Source of the DNA: Salpingoeca rosetta
Taxonomy: Eukaryota; Protista; Choanoflagellata
NCBI GenBank assembly: GCA_033442325.1
Contig: JAWQFM010000033.1
Span: forward strand, 670,909-734,908
DNA length: 64,000 nt
Direction: 5' to 3'
The notes under the pieces are model-generated. The model was not told the origin of the DNA. It made no database searches and saw nothing but the letters and a program-made list of their open reading frames with translations. The translations under genes and the position numbers were made by a program. Positions 35,986 to 46,699 of the stretch are shown in pieces (within the stretch, counting starts at the first letter, position 1; every line of letters begins with the position of its first letter).

Positions 35986-36272
35986 TGGCGCAGTACATGG
36001 CGCCGCCACAACTCAAGTGAAGTATTTTGCACTACTGTTTCTTCCCTGTTTTTTGCCTCCACCCCCTCCTCCTCCTCCTCCTCCTCCTTCATGTTCTTAT
36101 CGGCCAGACAAGGCGGTGATTGTGTCCTTGCATCACATCAACGGACCCACCAGCCATGCTTCTCCCTCCTTGCCTGCCTTCAACAAACAACAATCCTACG
36201 CAACACCCGCGCACACTCTTTAATCTCTTTTTATCCCCTGGCTTGCCAGCCAAGCTTTTTTCTTTTCTCTCT

Positions 36273-36336
<64 letters not shown>

Positions 36337-37284
36337 GTGGTGATGCTGATGTGCTTGCTCGCCCCATGTCATCATCACGCCATGTCGTGTCACATGTCGT
36401 GTCACACCGTAGCTTTCAGTGTTGATTGTTCTTAGGATGTTCGTTCGTTCGTACATGTCAGCAGACAACAACTTCACTCCTCGTCCCGTTGTTTCGGTGC
36501 ACACGTGTCTCCTTGTGCCACACGCACGTACGCGATGGTGTTTGTGCATTCATACACTTGCACGCGTTTGTTTTTCGGGAGAGTTTGCCAGCAATTCAAT
36601 GAACGAGTGGAACGATTTCAATAAAGAAAGACAAAGAAGCAATGTGATAAGCAAAGAACAAAAGCGCACACGTGGAGTGGAGTGAAATCAAAATAACACA
36701 CGAGTGCAAGACGGACACGAATCACGCGGTTGAATATGTGGTGGTGTCATGTGCAACAGCACCAGAGCAAGGAGAGCGAGCGTACAGCGGGCACAGAAGA
36801 AGGAAAGAGAGGAGAGGGAAAAGAGGCACGGCGCATCAACAGGCAACAAATGGGTCAACGGATGCACCAGTGCATGGAAGGGATTCAACGCCATCGTGGC
36901 AACACAACTCATCACATGACACACGACGCATGACCCATGACAGAGCGCAACGGGCGGAACGTGGCAGCACGGAAGCACGCAGCGCGCCAGTGGAAGAACA
37001 ATGCACACGCGCACAAGGGGGGGGGGGCGGGGTGGCACCACAAACGAACAGAGGAACAGAGGAACCGAAACCATGGACGGCAGTCGCAGGGAACTTGCCA
37101 TAGAAAGAAGCATGAACGATGGAAGACGATTGCGCTGCAACAACAAGAAGAACCATCAATACAGGAAAGCAGCAAGAGCAACAAAAAAAAATGCACCAAC
37201 AGAGCATGCAAAAGTGCAAACAACAGAGCATGCAACAACGGGGACGCCTGTTTGGCATGGTTGAGTTGTTCCTGTCGCAGGAGT

Positions 37285-40200
37285 TCAGCGCTTGCGGATG
37301 GTGTAGTGGCCACCGTACACGTTGTTGTACGTGTACACGTTGTCCAGGCGCACGTTGAACGTCCAGCTGGGGAAGTAGTAGCCAGAGTTGTAGCAGTACT
37401 TGTCTGTGTTGGTGTTGGAGTAGCAGAGCTGGGCCTGGTAGCTGTAGCTGCCGGTCACGGGCCGAGCATACACACGCTGCGTCACAGAATAGTACGTGCG
37501 CGTGTACACGCGATACAGTTGCCACCTGGTGTTGTTGGATGGTGGTGGTGGTGAGACGATGTGGTGGTGGTGAGACGATGTGGTGGTGGTGAGACGATGT
37601 GGTGGTGGTGAGAAAGCCACGAAGCAAAGCCTCGATGCAAGCAATCGTGGGGTCAACGTGACGGTAACTCACAAGTGCTTGCAGGCAACCAACGAATGAG
37701 CGAACCCACAACAAGGATGCACACGACAGACTGGGCGCACAACATGTACACACACACACATGCGCGCGCACACACACACGCATGTGCACACATGTCACAC
37801 GCATACACACACGCATGCGCGCACATGTCACACGCATACACACACGCATGCGCGCACACACGCACACACACATGAACTTACTGCTCTGGGACAAAGAGGG
37901 TCTGGTAGAGGTTTGTGGCGTAGTAGCAGTAGTAGCAGGAGGAGCTGGAGTACGAAATCTTGAGGGAGATGGGCGAGGGGTAGATGTAGGTGTTGTAGCC
38001 AGACTGCGCCCGCCAGTTGGTCACGAGCAGCGGCAGCTTGCGCAGGGCACCGGCGTTGACGGGGAACGCCATGCGAGCGTTGAGCGTGGCTGCGCTGTGG
38101 TAGGCGCTCAGGCGGGAGTTGAGGTAGCTGATGGTGGAGTAGGAGGACAGCTGGTTCGGCGTCACAAATGAGGTGGACTTGGAGTGGTAGCGGTTGTCGA
38201 GGGAGCGGAGGAACGAGCCCTGGATCCAGTTGCGCAGGTTGTTGATCTCCGCCGCCACCTTGCTGTTGACGTAGGTGGTGGTGGCGTACGACGACAGCTG
38301 GTTGGCCACGGCGTTCACCTTGGTGTCGACCTGGCTCTTGGTGTACACGTTGTTGAGGCGGGTGTGGGCGGAGTCAGCCGTGTTCTGCGCGGTGTTGATG
38401 CGGCCAGAGAGCTGGCCCTCCGCCTGCTTGGCGCGGTTTGCCTCGGCCGTCACATCGCCCGAGACGCCCTCTGCGTACGTGCGCGCGGCCTTGATGGCGT
38501 TGGACAGCGTCGTGTCCATGCCCTTGAGGCCCGTGATCTCGCCGTTGATGTTGCTGATGTCGGTGTTGATGCCGGACTCGGCCAGCTGTGCGCGTGCCTG
38601 CTCGTTGGCGAGCGACTCGGCCAGCATGGCAATGCTGCCCTCCAGGTTTGACTCCAGGTCTGACAGGTTGCTCTCAAGTGCCATTGCAGCGTCATCGCGG
38701 GCGCTGGCGAGGGCGCTGTTCAAGGTGGTGACGGCAGAGTCGAGGGCCTCTTGGGCGTTGCTCTCTGCCGTGCTGACGGCTGTGTTGAGGTTGGAGGTTG
38801 CCGTGTTCAGGTCCGAGGCCACGCCGTCCACGCGCGTGGAGATGGATTCCTCCGCCTCGCTCAGCGTCTGCGTGAGCGAGCTGCCCTGCGCCTCCAGGGT
38901 GCTCTGCAAGCTGCCCACTTGCTCTGTCAGCATGTCCTGCAGGTTGCTGCTGAGGTCGTCCAGGTTGCTCTCCATGACGGCTGCGACGCTGCTGGCTGCC
39001 GCCTCAAGTGACCCCTCCGCCTCCTGTGCGCGACCGGCCTCTGTGTCGATGGCGGAGCTGAGCTCGCCCACGGTGTAGCGCTGCTCGCCCATGACAAAGG
39101 CGATGGTGCGGTTGGCGCCAGTTCGCAGCTCCAGATGCCCGCCGTCCGTCACCACAGACGTGCGCACTGTTTGGCAGGGAGAATGTGACAAGTGGGTGTG
39201 ACAAGTGAGGGTGATGAGGGTGATGAGGAAATGAGGGTGATGACGAAGGACTAAGGAGGGGGGGGGTTAGAATGGACAGCATGAGCATAAACAAGCGAGC
39301 ATAAGCAAAGACACAACCGACACCATACACACACACACACACGAAACAGCGCACTCACCACAGCCTTTGCCCTGTGGGCCAGGGACACCGGTGAAGCCGT
39401 TGAGGCATTCGCAGTGGTAGGCGGTGCTTGGAGCAGGCTCGTCCACGCACACGGAAGACCGCAGGTCACACTCGTGCGAGGCGCAAGCATCAAAGTCTGC
39501 GTGTGCGTTTGGAGAGAAGAGGGGGGAGGGTTGTTTGTTGATGTGAGCATGAACCAGGGCAGTGTGAGTGTGAGCGATGTGCACGGTGTTGCTGTTGCGG
39601 GCACCGAAGCGCTGACGGGTGATATCAACAGCAAACTTGCACGCGCGCTCACAACCAAATAATAAACAAAACAAAACGAAAACCCAAAACAACAACAAAG
39701 TCAACATGCAGTCACGTACAAAGGCAAGCAGTAACAGTTGCAGGCAGCACCGAACATGCTAAGCGAAGCAGCGTGCACAAGCGCACACATGATGAACATC
39801 AGCACACACGCTCACCTTGGCAGAGGTCGGAGGGCACGGCAACGCCCGTCTGGGCATGCTGCCAGCGGCCATCAGCGCAGACAAAGACGGGTTCAATGGA
39901 AGGGACAAAGCCTGTGGCGCAGGAGAGCTCGCAGCGCGCACCGTCGACGATGCTGGTGCATGGATCTGCAGCCGGCTCGGCGTTGTCTGGCAGAGAAAAA
40001 GGCGGGCACACAACCGTGGTAGTGGTGGTCGTTGTGGTGGTGGTTGTGGTAGTTGTTGTGGTTGTTGTTGTGCTTGTTGAGGTTGTGGTTGACGCTGCGG
40101 CGGCGACGGTGGTTGTGCCGTTGTTGTCATTGCCTGCTGTCGTTGATGGTTGTGACGATGCGCCTCCGGGCGTCGTCGTTGTTGTCGTCGTTGTTGTCGT

Positions 40201-40335
40201 CGTCGACCCTTGACCAGCTGTTGACAGCGGAGAAGTGGAAGAAGAAGAAGCAGCACGCACTGTCATCAGGGGACCTGTTGCCTGCAGGCACGCCAAGGCC
40301 AGCGCGAGCACCAGCAAAGCTCGTCCTTGGATCAT
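37285..40335 (-). CDS. Secreted protein: signal peptide, Thr-rich mucin tract, Sushi/CCP-like domain, EGF-like domain, long coiled-coil stalk, Tyr-rich C-terminal head; 4 exons
   Basis: Exons approx. 39816-40335, 39358-39495, 37882-39167, 37285-37525 with compatible phases. MIQGRALLVLALALACL signal; CPPFSLP...CELSCATGF...CADGRW; DFDAC...YHCECLNGFTG...GC; heptad Ala/Ser/Leu region; no TM segment. Confidence 0.8.
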
Positions 40336-41058
40336 GATGTTGATGTTGAGGGTGTTGAGGATGGAGATGCGCCGCTCGATATGGAATAATGATGAGACGG
40401 GTTAGTGCAGAGGGAGGAGACTCTGCAACTCGGTGCGCGCAACGCAACAGGGCGGCCAAAAGCTCTGGCTGTGGCTGGTGCTCTGATAACCTCCTGAGGT
40501 TCAGCAGCAGCGGTTGCTGGAAGAGGTGGAGCAGGAGGGAAGCAGAAGGAAGGAAGGAGAAATGCGTGCGCGGAGAAAAACAAACAAACAAACAAACAAA
40601 ACAAGCCAGAAGAAACTTGCTTCTTGCTTTGCTTGCTTGACGCTTGATGCTTAGGGATGCTGATGGCGTGGACGGGTGCGCTGCGTGAACTGGTTCCCGT
40701 GCTTTCCAACCTTTGCTTGCTTCCTTGGGACAAACCAAAGCATGGCCAGAAGTGGGGCGTGCGTGCATGCAAAACACTGTGCCGTTCGCCTCCTTCGCGA
40801 CATCGCCAGGTTGTCTGTCCTTGGTGTGTGTGCTTGCATTTGCCACCCCATTTCATCGTGCCAAGCAGCGATGGCACCACGAGCACGGAAGATTCCATGG
40901 CAAACTAAGTGGTGGCGAATGTTACGTTAAGTGTGCATGGAATTGGTTGAGTGCGAAAAAAGTGTTGTTGGTTGTTGTTGTTTTGGTTGGATACGAGAGA
41001 TGTGTGTTGTGTTTAGGTTTGCATGGCAGGGACACTGATCGAGCGAGATTGAAAGAGG

Positions 41059-41098
<40 letters not shown>

Positions 41099-41239
41099 GA
41101 GCCCTTGTGTGTGTGTGTGTGTGTGTGTGCTTGGAGTACGCCAATACCTTGTTCATGTGTGGTATTACCGACGAGTAGATACTGGAAGTGCCACCACCCT
41201 TTTCCCTTCACAACAACAACAACAACAACAACACACACA

Positions 41240-41272
<33 letters not shown>

Positions 41273-41694
41273 TGACGGTTGATTGAGCTGGGATGTGTAT
41301 TGGCGTGTCGAATGACAACAGCAAGCAACAAGGCGGGGAGAAAGCAAGGGTGCTTGCTCAAAACACAAAGAGGCGCGCACACGCACGCAAATGAAACAAA
41401 CAGAGACCACCACAAACAACATAGGAAAGCAGCAATCGTCGGTGCGGTGCAACGCACTCACGCACGACACACACAAGAATGAGGATAAAGAGGAGGCAAT
41501 CAACAGAGTCAAAACAAGATGAAACAGACAAACAACCACCACTGACAAACAAGCACAAACAAACACCACGTTCGAGCAAAAGGCGCGTGTTGTGGTGGTT
41601 TGGTCGTGCCGTGACGTGATCACACGGTCGTCATCGCCGTCGCCTTGTTGTCATCACCGTGCGCGTCCTCCTCGGCCTTGTCCATCGTGTCGAC

Positions 41695-41973
41695 TTACTT
41701 GCCGCCGCCATAGCAGACGAGGCCGCAGAGAGCGAGCGTGCAGGGCACATCGGAGTCGCAGGGGATGGCGCTACGGCAGTCGCAGCAGCAGTCCACGCTC
41801 TGGCACTTGATGCAGGTGGTGGGCTTCTTGCACTTGCACTGGCTCTCGCTCTCCATGCACAGGCACTCGCTCTTGCTGGCCAGACCAAGCTGGAACTCCT
41901 TGAAGCCGCAGATCTCGCAGAAGAAACCTGTGAGCAGCTTCAGGTCAGACACCTCGCGGTCGAGCATGGACAT
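41695..41973 (-). CDS. Small cysteine-rich protein (92 aa, 16 Cys), function unknown
   Basis: Non-repetitive GC3-rich ORF MSMLDREVSDLKLLTGFFCEIC...CCCDCRSAIPCDSDVPCTLALCGLVCYGGGK. The end could alternatively be spliced (AA|GTAAGT). Confidence 0.7.
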   Translation of the reverse strand: MSMLDREVSDLKLLTGFFCEICGFKEFQLGLASKSECLCMESESQCKCKKPTTCIKCQSVDCCCDCRSAIPCDSDVPCTLALCGLVCYGGGK

Positions 41974-42438
41974 GGCTGGCTGGTCGGTTGGTGGGAGCAA
42001 GGGGAAGGGGGAAAGCGAGAAGGCGGCCGTTGGATGAGACAGAGAAGAAAAATGCCACGCACATAACCGCACAGCAGAGCAGGGTGACGAAGGGAAACGC
42101 GAACAAGCGAAAAAAAAGGGAAAGTGGGCGGTGCCAGTTGTTGCCACAATAGTTTATTATTTGGAATATTAGTTGAAGTTATACAATAAAAGACGCAAAT
42201 CAAGTGCATTGCGCAAGATCCCGGTGACGTCACACAATAGCACGCAAGTCGCCGAAGCAAGCAACAAACGCAAGGGCAAGAGAGAGCGGAGAAACGAGGC
42301 GCGAGTGTGCACAGACAAAGAAGGCGCGCGCATACACAAGCGCACAAGCGTGCACACATAAGCGCACACATGCACAGTCACACACACACGCATACACACA
42401 AGCGCACACAAACACAAGCGCACACATACATACATCAC

Positions 42439-44608
42439 TCACTCCGAGTCCCATGCATCATCATCAGACACGTCGCTGTCGTCGTCAGCCAGGACCAGGC
42501 CGCGCTCAAGAGCGTCGCGCATGTAGGCAGCAGTGCGGCCAACAAACACGGCATCTGGCCAGCGCCAATTGACAGACTCGCGGTACACCCTGCACCACAC
42601 CAAGGTCAAGGTGGGTAGCGCGGGGAGTGCCTGCATGTCCTCAATCGTGCACATGTGCAGAAACAGACGGTGCACGCCTTCAAGCCGCGCCCAGGTGGAG
42701 GCGTCGTTGATGCTGCAGCTGAGCATGCGACACGAATACACGTTAGACATGCGCGGCAGGCGCGCAGGCGGCCTCAGGGCACACAGCTCCACCAGTCGCA
42801 CGTCTCGCACCGCCGTCAGCTCAAGCCCCTCGCCGCCATCCACCCTCAGCACATCGGCGTCCACGACAGACACCCGCCCGCTGCAGCTGCAAAGCTCCAC
42901 GCGCTTGCACCCGGCAATCTCGGTACTGAGGAAATGGCACCGCGTCAGGTCGAGGTGGGTAATGCTGCGCAGGGCGGCAACACCGTCCACAGTGACTGGC
43001 ACCTCGTGGTCCACGCTGATGGTCAGCCGCCGCACGTGCGCAAAGTGGCCCAGGTCAAGCGTTGGATAGGTGGTGCTGGTCCGTGCAGCTGGCAAGATTG
43101 CACAAGCACGGGTGCTGCTGTTGCCATCGCTGCTGTGCTGGTGGCCGTGGTCGTGGCGTTGGCTGTTGGTGTGGTCGTGGTCGTGGTTGTGGCTGTCGCT
43201 GTTGGTGTCGGCATTGCTGTCATCAATGTCCTCGAGGACTAGCTCAACTTGGTTGCTGCTGCGTGCCTCGCCCTCCCTGGCGACTTCGCCTCCATCATTA
43301 TCATCCTGCGCTTGCCCCTCTTCCTCCTCTTCTGCATGTGCTCCCCCTACACGCTCATCAACCTCGCCACCTCCTCGGCGGCTCGCGAGTCCAGCACCAA
43401 CAGCATCGTCGTCGTGGTCGTCTTCGTCGTCACTGCCTGTGGTGATGCACAGCTGCAGTTGGCGCACGCACGCGGGGAGATTGGCAACGGCAGCGTCATG
43501 CACCAAAGCGCGCGTGGCCGTGAGCACGCAGTCTTTGATGCTGACAAAGACGTGGTCTGGGATGCAGTGCAGCAGGGAGAGGTCGCCCACTGCATCGCCA
43601 CTCAGCCCGAGCCTGTCCACGCGCTGTCCTAAGGTGTGCAGCATGGCTGATGAGAGCGGCATCTTGAGGTGCACGCGGCGGGCGTGGCGGAAGGTCGGCA
43701 GCGCACGCAGCGATGGGCAGTCCTGGAGCGCAAAGTAGCCGAGTTGACCGCAGGTGGTGTGGTCACTGGCCGTGGTGGGAATGGTGGGAATGGTGGCGTT
43801 GCCGTCACGGTTGCTGCTGCTGTTCATGTTGTTACTGTTGCTGCTGCTACTGCTGTTGTTGTGTCGACCATGATCATCATGATGATCATCACCACCACCA
43901 CCATGTGCAGCAGTACTCTTGCAAGCACCACCGCCACCAACACCACCGTCACTGCCATTGCCATTGGATAAGACCAGCTCCGTGATGCCAGCGCAGTCTG
44001 TGACCTCGATGCAGCGTGCGTGGGGCAGGTGCAGCACGCTTGGCAGGCCGCTGACATCAAAGAGAGACACGTCCTCGCAGTACAGCGCGTTGTGTGGCGC
44101 CTGCAGCCTGGCGCTGGTTAAGTGTAGTGTGGGGATGCGCGTGAGTGGGGTCAGGTCCACACCGTACATGCGATGAAGATGAACTTCACGTGCGGTGGAC
44201 AGTGAAGACACGTCCTCAACCGCGGGCAGGTCAGACAGGTGCACGACGTCCACGCCAGCCAGGATGCTGATGTCTCGAATCAGGGTCGTGCCAAACCCGC
44301 CAATGTACACCGACCGCACACGCTGCATAGTCCCGCGTATGTGCTCTTGCGTGTCATGCACAAACCAGCACAGGTGGCCAATATCGACGAACTCGACGCT
44401 GTCCACGGTACTTGTCGCGTGCAGCGTGACGATATCGGCTTTCCGCACCGCAAGATGCTGCACCGGGCCTCGGACGCTGATGTTGAGGGAGCCCGTGCCG
44501 GCACTGTACCGGCTGCACACCTCAGCCAGCTCATCCGCATCCGCCTGGTTCATCAGCAGCGCCGACACCGAGTACCACGCAGGCTGCAACGCCTGCTGCT
44601 GCTGCTGC

Positions 44609-44662
<54 letters not shown>

Positions 44663-44703
44663 AGTTGTTGTTGTTGTTGTTGTTGTTGTAATTGTTGTTG
44701 TAG

Positions 44704-44741
<38 letters not shown>

Positions 44742-45534
44742 CTCTCGTGTGCCCGTTTGGGCTGCTGTTGGCTGCATCCTGGGGGCTAAGGCGATAGGGC
44801 TCGCCATCAGCATTGGCACAGCCGCCCTCTTCACTTCCATTGTCACTGTCGTCGCTGTCGGAGTGTGTTCGCCGCCACAACTCCAAGTCGGCCAGCGTCA
44901 AGTACCTGACCCGCACGCAGCGCCGGAAGTCGTCCCTAAACCAGGGCGGGTACCACGCGTCGGGTTTCAGCAGGAAGGGGCACTGGTGCCGCCACGTCAT
45001 GCCCAGCCAGCTGTGCACAAGGAATCGCATCTGCAGCCACGCACGGTACCTCACCGGCGTCATGCCGCTAGCTGTGGCGGGGCATTGTTCCGCAGCCGTG
45101 TGGGTTTCTGCGACCGTGTCTGTAGCTTTGTCTGCAGCTGTGTCTGCAGCTGTGTCTGTGTCTGCAGTCGTGTCTTGCCGCGCATCCTCCGTGATGACTC
45201 CACATGCATCACCATGAGCGGCATCATCCCCGTTGTTCCGTTCAACCGCACCCCCCTCCACCCCTAACCCATCATCGTCCTCATCGCCATCATCATCATC
45301 ATCCAGCCAGGTCTCGGACACGGCACGCTTCATCCACACACTCCACTTTGGCATGGCCCACGGCAGATCGTGGTACAGCTCCCGGCACGTGAGCATGAGG
45401 TTCATAACCGAGCGCACGCGGGCCTTATCCTCATAGTCGCTCTCCACAACCCCATCATCATCATAACGATGGTCGTTGTCATTGTTGTTCAGCACATGCC
45501 CAGCCACAACCGCCCACACATCCACACTGAACAT
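42439..45534 (-). CDS. Intronless F-box-like / divergent LRR protein, copy 1 (about 1030 aa, polyQ and acidic inserts)
   Basis: Uninterrupted ORF. N-terminal MFSVDVWAVVAGHVL...VMNLMLTCRELY resembles a split F-box. LRR-like units IRDISILAGVDVVHLS, VEDVSSLSTAREVHL, VDLTPLTRIPTLHL. Collinear homology with the ORF at 60534-62941. Confidence 0.78.
44593..44740 (-). repeat. Coding (CAA/CAG)n polyglutamine tract
   Basis: About 49 codons, nearly all Gln, inside LRR copy 1; absent as a long tract in copy 2. Confidence 0.9.
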
Positions 45535-46699
45535 CTGCTGTTGGTGCGTGTCGCGTGTGCGTGCGTGCGTGTGTGTGTTATAACCGCATTGGAATTTTGT
45601 TTTAAGACTTCTATCAATCGTCCGAACCCATTGCGCGCAAATGTGAAGAAGCAAGACCAGCGAAGTCTGATGACACGAACACATCACACACACACCACGC
45701 ACCACAGCAACGCACGCACGCGTCAACGCACAGCCTCTCTCCCTCTCACTCTTCGTGTGCAGCGAAAAAGGGTTGGGCCCGATGTCTCGATGCAAGACAC
45801 AGCCATTTTTGCGTCCATTGAAATGGCCATCATCAGCATCAGGCGCAGAAGCAGAAGCAAGACGCCGAAGAAACACTGCCCCCCACCCCCACCAGCAGCA
45901 ACAACCCCGCCTCGCCATCACCATCACTGAACGAGAATGTAACCATCGCCGCCGTGCTGCCACTGCAGCTGCTGCGACAAAGCAAGGAGCACACACCGCA
46001 CTGCAAACAATGCGCCAGGTTAGTTGGTTGGAGCACAGAACAGAAGGAGGCAAGGAAGGAAGGAAGGAAGAAAGGAAGAAGAAACAACAACAACAACAAT
46101 GTGCCAACCACACAGGCTTGCTTATGTTTGGGTGTGTGAGTGCGCTTGTGTTTGTGACTTTGTTACTTTTACACCAGCAGCAGCAGCAGCTGCTGCCACC
46201 ACCTCCACAAAGTCTCACACAGCCTCGAGCCGATCATTTTCTTCTTCTTCTTCTTCTTCTCTTCCATCTGACTGGCTTGTTTGCCAATGCACCTGGCCAT
46301 CCAAGGCATCACTTTCACCGTCCATCGACATTGTATCGACCGCACACGCACAAGCAAGTACGTGTACTCACAATCACACATGGATTGACAATCACACACA
46401 CGCACACGCACACCCGCACCCGCACCCGCACCCGCACCCGCACACGCACACACACACACACACGCTCGCGCGCACACATACACGCACGCACACACACACA
46501 CACACATGCACATGCACACACATGCACACACACACACGCACACACCCATTCCCTCTCTCTCTCTCCCACACCTTCCCCGTCTCACATCTACATGTACATT
46601 CATTCGCATACCTAGCTGTAACGGAGGAGACCTTTCTGGTTCCACAACCCTTCGCAGCAATCGAGCAGAAACAACAACTCCTCGCATCTGCCTGACAAG

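Noticed and set aside
37672-37676. Possible 5-nt microexon (AAG|CACTT|GTGAGT) in the fibre gene's last intron
   Set aside because: Flanking exons already join in frame (CA|G); including it would shift the frame.
37285-40335. Identification as the rosette-development lectin Rosetteless or as true cubilin
   Set aside because: No C-type lectin domain and no CUB domains; only a short cubilin-N-like motif.
45535-46218. N-terminal extension of the 1259-aa ORF
   Set aside because: Low-complexity, UTR-like sequence; homology to copy 2 begins at MFSVDVW (45534).
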